Of a stretch of 64,000 bases of DNA, positions 1 to 11,125 are shown piece by piece; the first letter of the stretch is position 1; the number at the start of each line of letters is the position of its first letter. The position numbers were made by a program, and so were the translations under genes. The stretch covers positions 192,001 to 256,000 of the forward strand of contig CAWDFP010000007.1 of NCBI GenBank assembly GCA_963801605.1, given 5' to 3'. Under the pieces are notes generated by a model. That model was not told where the DNA came from. It was given only the letters and a program-made list of their open reading frames with translations, and did no database searches. Origin of the DNA: an uncultured candidate division Zixibacteria bacterium. GTDB taxonomy: Bacteria; Zixibacteria; MSB-5A5; UBA10806.

Positions 1-53
1 CAGTTTTGATGGTTTTAAATTATTAGTCTAAATCGATAAACGAGGGATAGTTT

Positions 54-473
54 ATGGAAAGTAAATTTCGGATACTGGTTGCCAAACCCGGGCTGGATGG
101 CCATGATCGGGGAATTAAGGTCATCGCCGCCGCTCTTCGCGACGCCGGTTTCGAGGTAATCTACACCGGATTACGCCAGACTCCGGAGCAAATCGTTTCC
201 GCCGCTATCCAGGAGGATGTCGATGCCGTCGGGCTTTCGATCCTGTCGGGTGCGCATATGACCCTCTTCCCGATGGTTCTGGATGGCCTGCGGAAAAAAG
301 GTGCGGACCATATTCTGCTTTTCGGCGGAGGTATTATCGCCGACAGCGAAATCAAGGAGCTCAAAAATATGGGTGTCGGCGAAATTTTTACTCCGGGAGC
401 ATCGACTCAGGATATCGTGGAATATCTCAACAAAACGCTGCCTCAGATTAAAAAAGATGAAAAAATATTATAA
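54..473 (+). CDS. Methylmalonyl-CoA mutase small (cobalamin-binding) subunit
   Basis: Stand-alone B12-binding domain with [10 protein letters not shown] (DxHxxG), GLSILSGAH and GGGII motifs. Confidence 0.93.
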   Translation: MESKFRILVAKPGLDGHDRGIKVIAAALRDAGFEVIYTGLRQTPEQIVSAAIQEDVDAVGLSILSGAHMTLFPMVLDGLRKKGADHILLFGGGIIADSEIKELKNMGVGEIFTPGASTQDIVEYLNKTLPQIKKDEKIL

Positions 474-504
474 GATATAAACATCACAATTAAAGAGAGG
501 GATT

Positions 505-1683
505 ATGTTTCGATACAATATCGACGATAGACAACAGGCTATTAGAGACCGAGTAACAGCTTTCGCAAAACTACATATCGAGCCGTTTTCCAAGGAACTC
601 GATCACCGCAACGACCCGGATCGTTTTGCCATGGATATCTATCAGGCGCTGGCCAAGGAGGGTTTTACCGCCCTCAGGATGCCCAAGGAGATTGGCGGCG
701 GCGGTGTTTCGTCTATCGAATATACGACTCTTATTGAAGAGCTTTGTTATCATGACGCCGCGGTTTGTTTGCTTGATGCCGTTACCGAATTGGCAACCTA
801 TCCCATTTATACATTCGGAAATGATGAACAGAAGCGTAAATATGTGCCCAAATGCGCCTCGGGTGAGCTGCTTCCCGCTTTCGTTCTAACTGAGCCCGCC
901 GCCGGTTCTGACGCGGTCAATCAAAAGACCACCGCTGTACTGGATGGCGATCATTATGTAATTAACGGCGAGAAGATTTTCATCATGCACGGCGACGTGG
1001 CCGACTTATTCGTTTTGTTTGTTAAGATGGGCAGCGATGGTGATGACGATAAGGCCTCGCGCAAGATTTCGGCAATTTTGGTCGAAGCCAAACAAAATGG
1101 CAAATATATCCCCGGAGTAAAGACAGCCACTCTCAAAAAGAAAATGGGCATGAGAGCCGCCACCACCGGCCGTATCTGGCTGGAAAATGTGCGGGTCCCC
1201 AAAGCGAATCTGCTGGGCGAAGTCGGCAAAGGCTTCAAGATTGCCATGAACACTCTCGATGGCGCCAGAATTGGTGTTGCCGCCCAGGGTCTTGGAATTG
1301 CCCAGAGAGCGCTGCAGGAATCGATCGATTATGCCAAGAAGAGAATTTGTTTCGGCCAGCCAATCGGTAAATTCCAGGCTATTCAATGGATGATCGCCGA
1401 TATGGCCACTCAGATCGAGGCCGCCCGCATGATGACTTACAAGGTATCTATGATGCAGGATAAGGGCGAGAAATTCACTATCGAGGCTGCCCAGGCTAAG
1501 CTGTTCTCCACCGAAACTGCCAAGTTCTGTGTCGACCGTGCCATGCAGATTCACGGCGGATACGGTTATATCGGCGAGTTTTCACCAATAGAGAAACTCT
1601 ATCGGGATCAGCGAATCATGGAAATCTACGAGGGAACATCGGAAATACAAAGATTAGTTATCTCAGGTAGTTACTTGAGATAG
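505..1683 (+). CDS. Acyl-CoA dehydrogenase
   Basis: LTEPAAGSD, NGEKIFI, KMGMRA, QIHGGYGY and IYEGTSEIQR motifs; SD GAGG upstream. Confidence 0.95.
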   Translation: MFRYNIDDRQQAIRDRVTAFAKLHIEPFSKELDHRNDPDRFAMDIYQALAKEGFTALRMPKEIGGGGVSSIEYTTLIEELCYHDAAVCLLDAVTELATYPIYTFGNDEQKRKYVPKCASGELLPAFVLTEPAAGSDAVNQKTTAVLDGDHYVINGEKIFIMHGDVADLFVLFVKMGSDGDDDKASRKISAILVEAKQNGKYIPGVKTATLKKKMGMRAATTGRIWLENVRVPKANLLGEVGKGFKIAMNTLDGARIGVAAQGLGIAQRALQESIDYAKKRICFGQPIGKFQAIQWMIADMATQIEAARMMTYKVSMMQDKGEKFTIEAAQAKLFSTETAKFCVDRAMQIHGGYGYIGEFSPIEKLYRDQRIMEIYEGTSEIQRLVISGSYLR

Positions 1684-1692
1684 CAGGCAAAA

Positions 1693-1714
1693 GCGGGGCC
1701 GGAAACGGCCCCGC
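1693..1714 (+). terminator. GC-rich hairpin after the acyl-CoA dehydrogenase (terminator or mRNA stabiliser)
   Basis: GCGGGGCCG-GAAA-CGGCCCCGC, a perfect 9-bp stem with a GNRA loop; weak U-tract on the + strand. Confidence 0.55.
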
Positions 1715-1748
1715 AGTCATTTAGGACGTCTAAAGGGGTAATTGCCTT

Positions 1749-2589
1749 ATGAAATTAGGCGATATTGAAACTTATTCGATATTGGAAAATTATTTTCATA
1801 TCGATGGCGGGGCGATGTTCGGTGTCATCCCCAAAATTATCTGGAGCAAGCTATATCCATCGGATGATAAAAACCTGATCAGACTGGATCTCAATCCGCT
1901 TCTAATAAAAACCGGTAAAGAGATAATTGTTGTCGATACCGGATTTGGTGACATTCTCAATGAACGCGAACAGAAGATGTATGCTCTTCCAGGTCCCACC
2001 AAATGGGACGAGGAACTAAACCGTCTGGGGCTAAAAGCTCGAGGATATTACTGCGGTCATTTTAACTCATGCTCATGCTGATCATGCCATGGGCGCTCTG
2101 AGATTGGGAAAAGACGGTCGTCCGGAGCTTCGTTTCCCCAACGCAAGGATTTTTGTTCAAAAGGGCGAATGGCATGATGCCATGAATCCCAACGAGCGCA
2201 CCGCCGCAACATACCTGGTTCATAATCTGAGAGTAATAGAGGATTCCGGAAAGCTTGAACTCCTTGACGGTGATACCGGCCTTTTCCCCGGCGTATCGGT
2301 GATGGTAACCGGCGGCCATACTCCCTATTCGCAGGCTATAATAGTCGATGGCGGCGGCGAGCGTATAATCTATCCGGCCGATATCATGCCATCATCGGCG
2401 CATATCAGGGTCCCCTATGTGGCGGCGGTCGATCTCGATCCAAATACAACTATGGCGCGAAAACGATGGCTCAACGAGAAAATGCTCAAAGAGGATTGGA
2501 TAATAGCGTTCGATCACGATCTCAATTTCAAATTCGCCAAATTCAAAGCGGACGAAAAGGGAAAAATCGAACCGATTAAGGTTGGGTAA
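1749..2589 (+). CDS. MBL-fold metallo-hydrolase (YtnP-like), split by one frameshift
   Basis: DGGAMFGVIPK N-terminus. Removing one A in ctaaaagctc (~2033) restores LEDITAVILTHAHADHAMG (HxHxDH), then GGHT and AFDHD. Joins ORFs 1749..2081 and 2089..2589. Confidence 0.85.
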
Positions 2590-2629
2590 ATCAACTTTAA
2601 TCGAGACCTCATAATAGCGGAGACTGCCA

Positions 2630-4180
2630 TTGAATCTCGAAGAAAAGCTAAAACAGTTGCAGGAAATGCGTCGGACCGCCAAACTTGGCGGTGGCCAAAA
2701 ACGTATCGACGATCAACATAAAAAGGGAAAGCTGACCGCCCGCGAAAGGCTTGAACTTCTGCTCGATGATAACTCCTTTGAAGAGTTCGATATGTTTGTC
2801 ACCCATCGTACCAAGGAGTTCGGACTCGAAAAGGAAAAGTATCTTGGTGATGGCGTCATCACCGGATATGGCACCATCGATGGCCGGTTGGTGTTTGTCT
2901 TTTCGCAGGATTTTACCGTTTTTGGAGGTACTCTATCCGAGGCATTTGCCGAGAAGATATGCAAGATCATGGATATGGCGATGAAAGTCGGCGCCCCGGT
3001 TATCGGCCTGAATGACTCCGGCGGAGCGCGTATCCAGGAAGGTGTGGTTTCGCTCGGAGGATACGCCAATATCTTTTTGCGCAATACGCTGGCTTCGGGG
3101 GTGATCCCGCAGATTTCGGTAATACTGGGACCATGTGCCGGAGGAGCGGTTTATTCACCGGCAATCACCGATTTTATCTTCATGGTAAAAAACACCTCAT
3201 TTATGTTTGTCACCGGCCCTAACGTGGTAAAGACCGTGACCCATGAAGAAGTGACTTTCGATGAACTTGGCGGCGCAGGCGTTCATTCCAGCAGATCGGG
3301 CGTATCGCATTTTTCCTGCGAAAACGAAGCCGATGCTATACTAAAAGTTCGCAGTTTAATGGGGTTTATTCCGTCAAACAATCTCGATGATCCGCCGCAA
3401 CTGGAAGCAACCGATCCCCTCGATAGAATCGATGAATCGCTTAATACCATAGTTCCCGAAAATCCCAATAAGCCTTATGATATTAAAGATGTTATCACCC
3501 GAGTGGTTGACAATGGCGAGTTTCTGGAGATTCATGCCGACTACGCCCTTAATATCGTTGTGGGATTTGCCAGGTTGGGCGGCAAGCCTATTGGGATTAT
3601 CGCCAATCAGCCGGCGCATTTAGCGGGAGTGCTCGATATCGACAGTGCTATCAAAGGAGCCCGTTTTGTGCGTTTCTGCGATGCTTTCAATATCCCGCTG
3701 GTGACTTTCGAAGATGTACCCGGATTTCTGCCCGGAACGGCACAGGAACATGGCGGCATAATAAAACATGGCGCCAAGCTCCTTTTCGCATATTGCGAGG
3801 CAACCGTGCCCAAGCTGACTGTCATCACCCGCAAAGCCTACGGTGGGGCCTACGACGTTATGTCATCCAAGCATATCAGAGGTGATATAAATTACGCCTG
3901 GCCGACCGCCGAGATTGCCGTGATGGGTCCCAAGGGAGCGGCTGAGATTATTTTCAAAAAGGAAATTGCCGATTCCCCAAATCCTGAGGCTGCCTTAAAG
4001 CAGAAGGAAGAGGAATACCGCAATTTGTTCGCCTCGCCTTTCAGCGCCGCCGAACGCGGATATATCGATGACGTCATTGAGCCATCGACGACCAGGCCGC
4101 GCTTGATTCGCGCTCTTAAGATGCTCGGCACAAAGCGAGAACAGAATCCGCCTAAAAAGCATGGAAATATCCCATTATAA
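2630..4180 (+). CDS. pccB: Acyl-CoA carboxylase carboxyltransferase (propionyl-CoA carboxylase beta / methylmalonyl-CoA decarboxylase alpha family)
   Basis: [38 protein letters not shown] and KKHGNIPL motifs. Confidence 0.92.
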   Translation: MNLEEKLKQLQEMRRTAKLGGGQKRIDDQHKKGKLTARERLELLLDDNSFEEFDMFVTHRTKEFGLEKEKYLGDGVITGYGTIDGRLVFVFSQDFTVFGGTLSEAFAEKICKIMDMAMKVGAPVIGLNDSGGARIQEGVVSLGGYANIFLRNTLASGVIPQISVILGPCAGGAVYSPAITDFIFMVKNTSFMFVTGPNVVKTVTHEEVTFDELGGAGVHSSRSGVSHFSCENEADAILKVRSLMGFIPSNNLDDPPQLEATDPLDRIDESLNTIVPENPNKPYDIKDVITRVVDNGEFLEIHADYALNIVVGFARLGGKPIGIIANQPAHLAGVLDIDSAIKGARFVRFCDAFNIPLVTFEDVPGFLPGTAQEHGGIIKHGAKLLFAYCEATVPKLTVITRKAYGGAYDVMSSKHIRGDINYAWPTAEIAVMGPKGAAEIIFKKEIADSPNPEAALKQKEEEYRNLFASPFSAAERGYIDDVIEPSTTRPRLIRALKMLGTKREQNPPKKHGNIPL

Positions 4181-4210
4181 ACGGATTATTTGAGTTAAAT
4201 CGGGGTAATT

Positions 4211-5101
4211 TTACTCTTTGTATTTATGTCTGAAGCTGGCAAGTTGCTTATGTGCCAGATAAGAGCTTCGAACCAGCGGTCCGGCCTCGATATATTCCAT
4301 TCCCAGCGCTTCGCCCTTTTCCTTAATTGAGGCAAACCATTCCGGAGGGAAAAATGCCTCCACGGGCAAGTGCCATTGCGAAGGCCTGAGATATTGACCA
4401 ATCGTCATTACCTGGCAACCGTGGTTTTTGGCATCGGAGATAACCTCGAGAACTTCATCCTCGGTTTCGCCCAAACCTACCATAATGCCGGATTTGACAA
4501 TTGTATTATTGCCCATTTCGCGGGACGCTTTAAGAATATCGAGGGAACGCTGATATTGAGCTTTGGGACGTACCGTTTGATAAAGCCGGGGCACAGTCTC
4601 CAGATTATGCGCCAGTACATCGGGCTTTGATTCGAGTATGCTTTTGAGAGCGCCTATATCTCCCATCAGGTCTGAAATTAGAAGCTCCACGCCGCAGGAT
4701 GGAATTTGCGATTTGATAAGGCGGGTAGTATCTGCAAAAACAGAGGCGCCGCCATCGGAAAGATCGTCGCGCGTAACGGATGTAATCACGGAGAATCTCA
4801 GATTCAATCTGACACAAGCCTCGGCCACACGGGATGGTTCATTGAGATCGCATTCCAACGGCTTTCCCTTTTTTACATTGCAAAAACGGCAATTGCGAGT
4901 GCAAATATCTCCCAATATTATAAAAGTCGCAGTTCTGGCGGAATAACACTCACTAATATTTGGACAGGTGGCCTCCTGGCAAACCGTATGCAGATTGAGT
5001 TCCCCAATCAAGTTCTTAACCTCGCGATAGGTTTCGCCGAATACGGGTCTAATCTTAAGCCAGGCGGGTTTGCTTATCCCCTGTTTACCGGAAATATGCA
5101 T
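4211..5101 (-). CDS. lipA: Lipoyl synthase
   Basis: CQEATCPNISEC and CTRNCRFC cysteine motifs; C-terminal RSSY. Confidence 0.95.
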   Translation of the reverse strand: MHISGKQGISKPAWLKIRPVFGETYREVKNLIGELNLHTVCQEATCPNISECYSARTATFIILGDICTRNCRFCNVKKGKPLECDLNEPSRVAEACVRLNLRFSVITSVTRDDLSDGGASVFADTTRLIKSQIPSCGVELLISDLMGDIGALKSILESKPDVLAHNLETVPRLYQTVRPKAQYQRSLDILKASREMGNNTIVKSGIMVGLGETEDEVLEVISDAKNHGCQVMTIGQYLRPSQWHLPVEAFFPPEWFASIKEKGEALGMEYIEAGPLVRSSYLAHKQLASFRHKYKE

Positions 5102-5109
5102 TAATTCCC

Positions 5110-6030
5110 CTAATCGTTCCAGGCTTCGATATATTTTCCGGCAGCAACAGCGGCAGTGGTGCCATCGCCGACAGCATTAGTAACCTGCTTGACAAGCTGT
5201 TTGCGAACATCGCCAATGGCCCAAATGCCCTGTATGGATGTCGCCATGGTATCATCGGTAATGATATATCCCATGCTGTCTTTACGGATAGCATCGCGGA
5301 AAATATTGGAGTTCGGTACAAAACCGATGAATGGGAAGACCGCTCCAACCGGAATATTGCGCTTTTCATTGGTTTTTACATTTTTAAGGGTGATCGATTG
5401 AACTTTATCGGGGCCGTTGATCTGTTCGATAACCGAATTCCAGATGAATTCAATCTTTTCATTTTTCATGGCACGCTCCTGGACGAGCTTGGCCGCCCGC
5501 AATTCAGCGCGTCTATGGATTATATAAACCTTGCTTCCATATTTCGTTAGAAAGGAACCTTCCTCAACCGCGGAATCGCCGCCGCCGGCTACCGCGATTG
5601 GCAGCCCTTTGAAGAAAGCACCATCACAGATGGCGCAGTACGATACTCCCCTGCCAGCCAGCTCCAATTCCCCCGGTACGCCCAGCTTGCGCGGCTGACC
5701 GCCGGTAGCCACGATTACGGCTTTGGCACGGTATTCGGCATCGTCACCTTTAACAATCTTAAAACGTCCCTCGGTATAGATTTCGAGAACGTTATCATTG
5801 GCTATTTCAAGCCCAAATTTCCTGGCGTGATCTTCCATCTTTTTGGCAAGCTCCGCCCCACCGATAAGCTCGAAACCGGGGTAATCCTCTACCCATTCCG
5901 TATTGGCAATCTGTCCGCCCGGAAGAAGTTTTTCAAGACAAAGTGTTTTTAATTCGGCTCTTGATGCATATAATCCGGCTGTAAGTCCGCCGGGACCTCC
6001 GCCTACTATTACGATGTCGTAATCCAGCAT
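5110..6030 (-). CDS. trxB: Thioredoxin reductase
   Basis: GGGPGG FAD motif, GVSYCAICDG, GGGDSAVEE and HRR. Confidence 0.95.
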   Translation of the reverse strand: MLDYDIVIVGGGPGGLTAGLYASRAELKTLCLEKLLPGGQIANTEWVEDYPGFELIGGAELAKKMEDHARKFGLEIANDNVLEIYTEGRFKIVKGDDAEYRAKAVIVATGGQPRKLGVPGELELAGRGVSYCAICDGAFFKGLPIAVAGGGDSAVEEGSFLTKYGSKVYIIHRRAELRAAKLVQERAMKNEKIEFIWNSVIEQINGPDKVQSITLKNVKTNEKRNIPVGAVFPFIGFVPNSNIFRDAIRKDSMGYIITDDTMATSIQGIWAIGDVRKQLVKQVTNAVGDGTTAAVAAGKYIEAWND

Positions 6031-6041
6031 TAATCTCTCCT

Positions 6042-6587
6042 CTAAAAATCTATCCCTTTTTGGGCCATTATTCCCTTTTGATAAGGATGTTTTATTTCGC
6101 GCATTTCCGTGACCAGATCGGCCCTTTCAATCAGGTCCGGATGAGCATTGCGGCCCGTCAAAACTAAATCTAAAAGCTCCGGTTTACAGTCTATAAGGCT
6201 AAAGATATCTTCAATTTTAATAAGATTTAAGCTAACCGCCACATTTATTTCATCGAGAATAACGATATCATATTTCCCGGAAACTATTTTCTCTCTGGCA
6301 AACGCCACGGCCTCACCGGCGGCCTTGATATGCTCGGAACGATCCAGTTTATCATCAATGATTCCCACAAATCCAAGGCCTTTTTGGTAGAGTTCAACAT
6401 TTGGGGCCAGTCTTTTGATGCCGTCAAGCTCGCCATATTTCCAGCTTCCTTTAATGAACTGGATTATGCAGACCTTTTCGTCATATCCCACCGCACGGAT
6501 ACAAAGGCCAAGCGCGGCTGTAGTTTTCCCTTTGCCGTTGCCGGTGTAAACTATCACCAGTCCTTTATCGTCGAAAATTTTCTCCAT
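6042..6587 (-). CDS. cobO: Cob(I)yrinic acid a,c-diamide adenosyltransferase (CobO/BtuR)
   Basis: YTGNGKGKTTAALG, QFIKG, ILDE, LTGR, KHPY and terminal GIDF. Confidence 0.93.
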   Translation of the reverse strand: MEKIFDDKGLVIVYTGNGKGKTTAALGLCIRAVGYDEKVCIIQFIKGSWKYGELDGIKRLAPNVELYQKGLGFVGIIDDKLDRSEHIKAAGEAVAFAREKIVSGKYDIVILDEINVAVSLNLIKIEDIFSLIDCKPELLDLVLTGRNAHPDLIERADLVTEMREIKHPYQKGIMAQKGIDF

Positions 6588-6764
6588 GAGCCTTTCTTAA
6601 CGCCGGGTTCAAAAAATGAACTCAATTTCAATAACTATTATAATATATCAATCAGTTTCATGCTATACAAGCATTTATGCCATTGGAAAGTCAATGAGAT
6701 AAAAAAAACGAGAATATGGATTTTTCTTATAAGTGTTATCAATTCAACAAGATGAATTTGGATA

Positions 6765-7881
6765 TCACTTTATATAAGTAATTATTCTGGATGAAAGCTG
6801 ATGCGGCCCTTTAAGTCTAACAAGATAGGTTCCTGATGCCACTTTCTCGTTTCGCTGGTCGCTGCCATCCCATGAGATTACGTAATTGCTGGGTTCAAGC
6901 TGCCCGCTTTTCAATACATGGATACGCCGTCCCAGAATATTCTATATCCCCAGTTCGATTTCCTGAGCCCTTCCCTCGACCGTAAATGCGATGTTCGTCC
7001 AACCATTAAACGGATTGGGATATACCTTATCGATCTTCACTTTAACAGGCAGGACATTTCCGTCCGGAATACTGGCAACTTGCTGACTTTGTTTCAAAAT
7101 CCAATAATCCGGATCCACCACCAGCGTATTCGGTTGGCTGGATACCGCAAAGTCGTAGCTCTGAACATACTGATTATTTAGAACCACAAAATCGTGGTTT
7201 CCGCTATGTGGAAATCGGATAATCGTTGACCCAGTGATACGTAAGCGTTTGTTTCTGAGTATCAGGCACTACTTCCGCCAGGTAACCGTTTGATCCAACT
7301 TTATTATCATCAGGGACCGTGGCGTAAATTTCGGACGTGGCTTTGTCCCAGGGCTCGTCATAACAAGGAAACCACCAGCGTGCGTCCTGAGGCTCGGCCA
7401 TCGTGTAACTATTCCAGGGATAATAAAAGAATCCTCGTCCAGTGACTGTATCATGATAACAAATTCTCACCGACAAGGTTTCTTGAGATAAGCGAGGCCG
7501 GTCGAAATTGATGACTATCGAGGTATCATCTCTGGAAAACGAGGCGAGCGTTGTACCAAAAAATACGGAATCGGCCGCTAACTTAACCATGTGAAGCCTG
7601 ATAGCTGAAAGGCCGCCAGATACAACCTTAAAACTCAATGTCATTGAACCCGAAAAATAAATCGGCGGACCACCGAAATTTAGATCCAGACGATAGTGTA
7701 AAGCATCAAAACTATGAACGGAATCGAACAGCGCCTCGGAGGGATTGCTGAACCTATCTGATATGAAGAATTTGCCGTCCTGGAGTGTACCCGGCCAGTT
7801 GAATGGTTGTCCAGCCCAGGCGCAAATTGAGATATATAATAAAATAGTTATTAATAATATTAATGTTAGCCTGTTCTTCAT
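6765..7881 (-). pseudogene. M1 aminopeptidase with CTD, catalytic domain missing
   Basis: Signal peptide and M1 N-terminal domain (EPQDARWWFPCYDEPWDKAT...YPIST) are joined out of frame to the C-terminal part (VDPDYWILK, YPNPFN, in-frame TAG at 6942-6944, then NILGRR...SGTYLVRL...IITYIK*). No GxMEx or HExxH. Confidence 0.8.
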
Positions 7882-7940
7882 GACATCAAAGATAATATTT
7901 TTAATTAGCCCCTAATGCAAGAGAATATCTATAAAATAGT

Positions 7941-7970
7941 AATGGCGCCAGATATACACCCGGCGCCATT
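7941..7970 (-). terminator. Hairpin downstream of the M4/M36 peptidase
   Basis: AATGGCGCC-N12-GGCGCCATT, followed by T-rich sequence on the minus strand. Confidence 0.55.
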
Positions 7971-7993
7971 AAAATATTCCCTTACTATTTCAT

Positions 7994-10900
7994 TTACCGC
8001 AACAGAGTCATTTTCTCCTGCTTAACGCCCCGTTCGGTAGTTAGCCTGTAGAAATAGATACCCGATGCGACCGCGACTCCGAGAGCGGTTCTGACCTTTC
8101 CAGATAACACTGTATTTGCCCGGCTGATAGACATCATCAACCAACGTCGTTATACGTTGACCAAGAATATCGAATATCTCCAATCTCACATTCGATTGGG
8201 ATGGCAACGCGAAATCAATTTTAGTTTCGGGATTAAAGGGGTTTGGATAGTTTTGAGATAATTCCATTTCCACAGGAAGCGAAGTGTATTCCGCGACACC
8301 GTCTACCGCAGGATCGACCGACCATCCTATGTTATCAATAAAGATTCCGGGAAGAGTTACGGAGGCATCGGAAACAAAACGGAATCTTATTTTATAATGA
8401 TGCGCGTCAGATCTGAGAATCGGCGTGACATCGAACTCCGTAAGACGGAAACCCGGCATCAGAGTGTCGCAAATCGCCCCGGCCCTATTCCAGGATATGC
8501 CTCCATTGTTGGAAACTTCCACAAAGCAGGTATCTCCGTGGGCGATAATATTCCTACGGTAAAATGTCACTCTGGCATGCCTGTAAGGAGACAGGTCGTT
8601 ATCGAAATTCATGGTGATGGAGGCATTGGCATTATTGGGATATTGCGGACTGCTAAAACAGATTGAGCGATGCGAATTGTAACCATAGTTAAGAAGTACC
8701 CAGCCATCGTCGGCCTGCCACCGATCCATGCCTGTTGTTTCGAAATCCTCAATTACTTCGGATGTAACCATCGCCAGATTAAACGTGCCGGACGAGGGCA
8801 GCCTGCCAACATTTGGAGTGTGAGCACCATCGGTGGCGCTAAAATAATAATGGACAGTATCACCGGTGAGAAGATTACGGCTCAGATCCAATGATGCCAA
8901 GGTGTATTGATTAGTGTCAGGTACGGCTGAAAGGTATACTATTCGTTCCTGTTCGCTATTGATCCTATAATACATTTTAACATTCAGCGGATCAACCAGG
9001 TTTATATCGCTGGCAGAAATTGTAAAAGGTCCGTATGGTCCAAAGAGGTTGATCGTGTTGTTTGGAGCTTGAATAAGCGCCATGGTCGGAGGTATGTGAT
9101 CCGGGCCCACATAGAATGTATAATGATTTCCGGGAGCATCGGTTGGGAATGTCCCCCTGAAACCGGCGCTATCGACTGCCAGAACATAATAATCGATATA
9201 AGTATTGCCATGCTGCGCTGGAATCTGCCCGGTCCAGACTGCGCCATTCTGGCTCATGTGTGCCGCTTGATATCCGCTGCCGTTGTTATAGTATATGATA
9301 ACCGAATCACGCTGCAGAGTGAATATCGATGTAATCGTAGCATTCATCGGGAAAGTGCGGGTGGTATCTTCCGAATCCAACAGGGAATCGGAGGCAATGG
9401 TAAGCTTGGTGCCCGGTCCAATACCATGACGGTCACCAAAATTATGGAATATATCCCAGGCATGAGGTGTACCGTTATTGAGGTCGTTATCGTTATCATC
9501 CAAAGCCACGAAAGCCCAGAAATAAGGTTCGAAATCATTGGTTAGGGCGTAGCGAGCGAAATGCCAGAGCGAATCGGTATATCCCATCGGGTAAGGCGAA
9601 AGCGCCTGCCTCGTATGCCATAGCGCCCCGCCAATAATCTGACCATCGTTATGCGACTCGCCGTTTATATTATCCGGGTATCTAAACACATTGTCGAGAT
9701 TCCTCAAAAAATCGGAGGGGTTGTTTAGGAAAAATCCCACGCCGACGTGAGGCTGGTTGGTCATGGTGCAGGCTTGATAATCGGAAAAACCCTCATGCAT
9801 AGCCCCGCTGGGACCGTCCGGCCGCGTCATTAAATCGGTTATGCCATGTCCGTATTCATGATAAATGACATCAGCAATCTGCGCGATATTAGGGCAGCCG
9901 CCTCCAGCTTCGTAAAAGTTGACAGTCCTGTTGCCGCCCGACCAAAAAGCATTGCAGCTTCCCACCACATTAACGTTGCAGACCATGGGGAAATCCATAA
10001 CGCCGAGACCGGGATCAAGACGTACAATCCAATTGTGCACCGTGACACCGCTATACCAGGCATCGCGTTCCTGAGGTTCGGAATTGGAATCATCCCAATA
10101 AATATTTTGCACCGTGGGCGGATCAACCGTGGTGTAAATTTGAGATTCAGGCCCGGCGTCATTCATTACGTTCAGATAAGGCCCTCGAAGAAAAACCGAA
10201 AGATTGATAGGATTCGAATCCGGAGTATCTACGGAATAATTTCCAGCAGAATCGGTTACGATACCATCAAAACCATCAAAATATAAATTCATATCATGAA
10301 AATTACGATCTTCCCAGGGATCATTCGGATGCAGCGGCTGAATTGAGCCTGAGATATTACCCGAAATAACATCGTAGTATACTTGATCGACTCGCTCTAG
10401 AACTTGGCCGTTTTCAGCATCGACAAAGACTTTCCATTCCGCGTACGGATCGCTGGTTACTATCATAAAACTCAGCGTCGGATGATACTCCACGCGGCTT
10501 CCAAAATAAATCGGAAAGATTGACTTCCCCAGAAAGCTCGTTTTGGTCATCGTTCCGGATAGGCCTCTCCCGGCGATTTCAAGGGCTTGAGCATCGGATA
10601 AACCAAAGCCGCCGACAGTAATCGGAGCGGAGTCGAGGTTCCCCCACAGGAGAGAAACCTGTCCCTGAGGAGTAATTGCCAGACCAATCCCAGCATCTTC
10701 AATCGATAATCCCTGGTAAACTCTATGAAATTTAACGAACCATAGCCTGCCCATAGCGAACTTCTTAGAAATCAATTGAAGTTCATTATTGGATGAAAAA
10801 AAGCCCGCGGAAGCAAGATAATTTCTGGCTGCGGTTTCGATATTTTGATCGTTAATGACATCGGAGCCGGTAGAACCTAATGCCGGCGCAACTACGATAG

Positions 10901-11108
10901 CCTGATTTGGTATTTGCGCATTATAGGCAGCATAAGCAGCGCCATAGTTTTCCTTTAAGACTGCGGCTCTGTTATCAATTGAGGAATTGATATAAATACC
11001 TGAAGATGGATCGTATCCCGGCCTGGCAATAGCGCCCGGGATAGCCTCAGGTTCAGTGGCGGCCAGGGCAACTGAGGCCAGTACTAAACTCAAAATTATT
11101 CCTCGCAA
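7994..11108 (-). CDS. Secreted thermolysin/fungalysin-like (M4/M36) zinc metallopeptidase with T9SS-type CTD; +1 frameshift near the 3' end
   Basis: Signal peptide, propeptide-like region, CNAFW, HEYGH and AMHEGFSD motifs, NYPNPFN. Removing one base at ~8081 gives GVAVASGIYFYRL...KMTLLR* ending at 7994. Confidence 0.85.
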
Positions 11109-11125
11109 CTTCTTATGCTCCTTCC

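Noticed and set aside
2030..2045. Programmed ribosomal frameshift in the MBL gene, and likewise in rnhB and the TPR gene
   Set aside because: No canonical slippery heptamer with a stimulator; the window-wide indel rate explains these shifts more simply.
6588..6764. Cobalamin riboswitch upstream of cobO
   Set aside because: The region is AT-rich, with no B12-box or GGGAA...GCCACTG elements visible.
6942..7206. Two TAG codons at positions where Tyr is expected, suggesting TAG recoding or pyrrolysine
   Set aside because: The TAG at 7204 is a deletion junction and the gene continues in another frame. Many intact genes here end in TAG at their expected C-termini (ACAD 1683, trxB, rplS, tpl).
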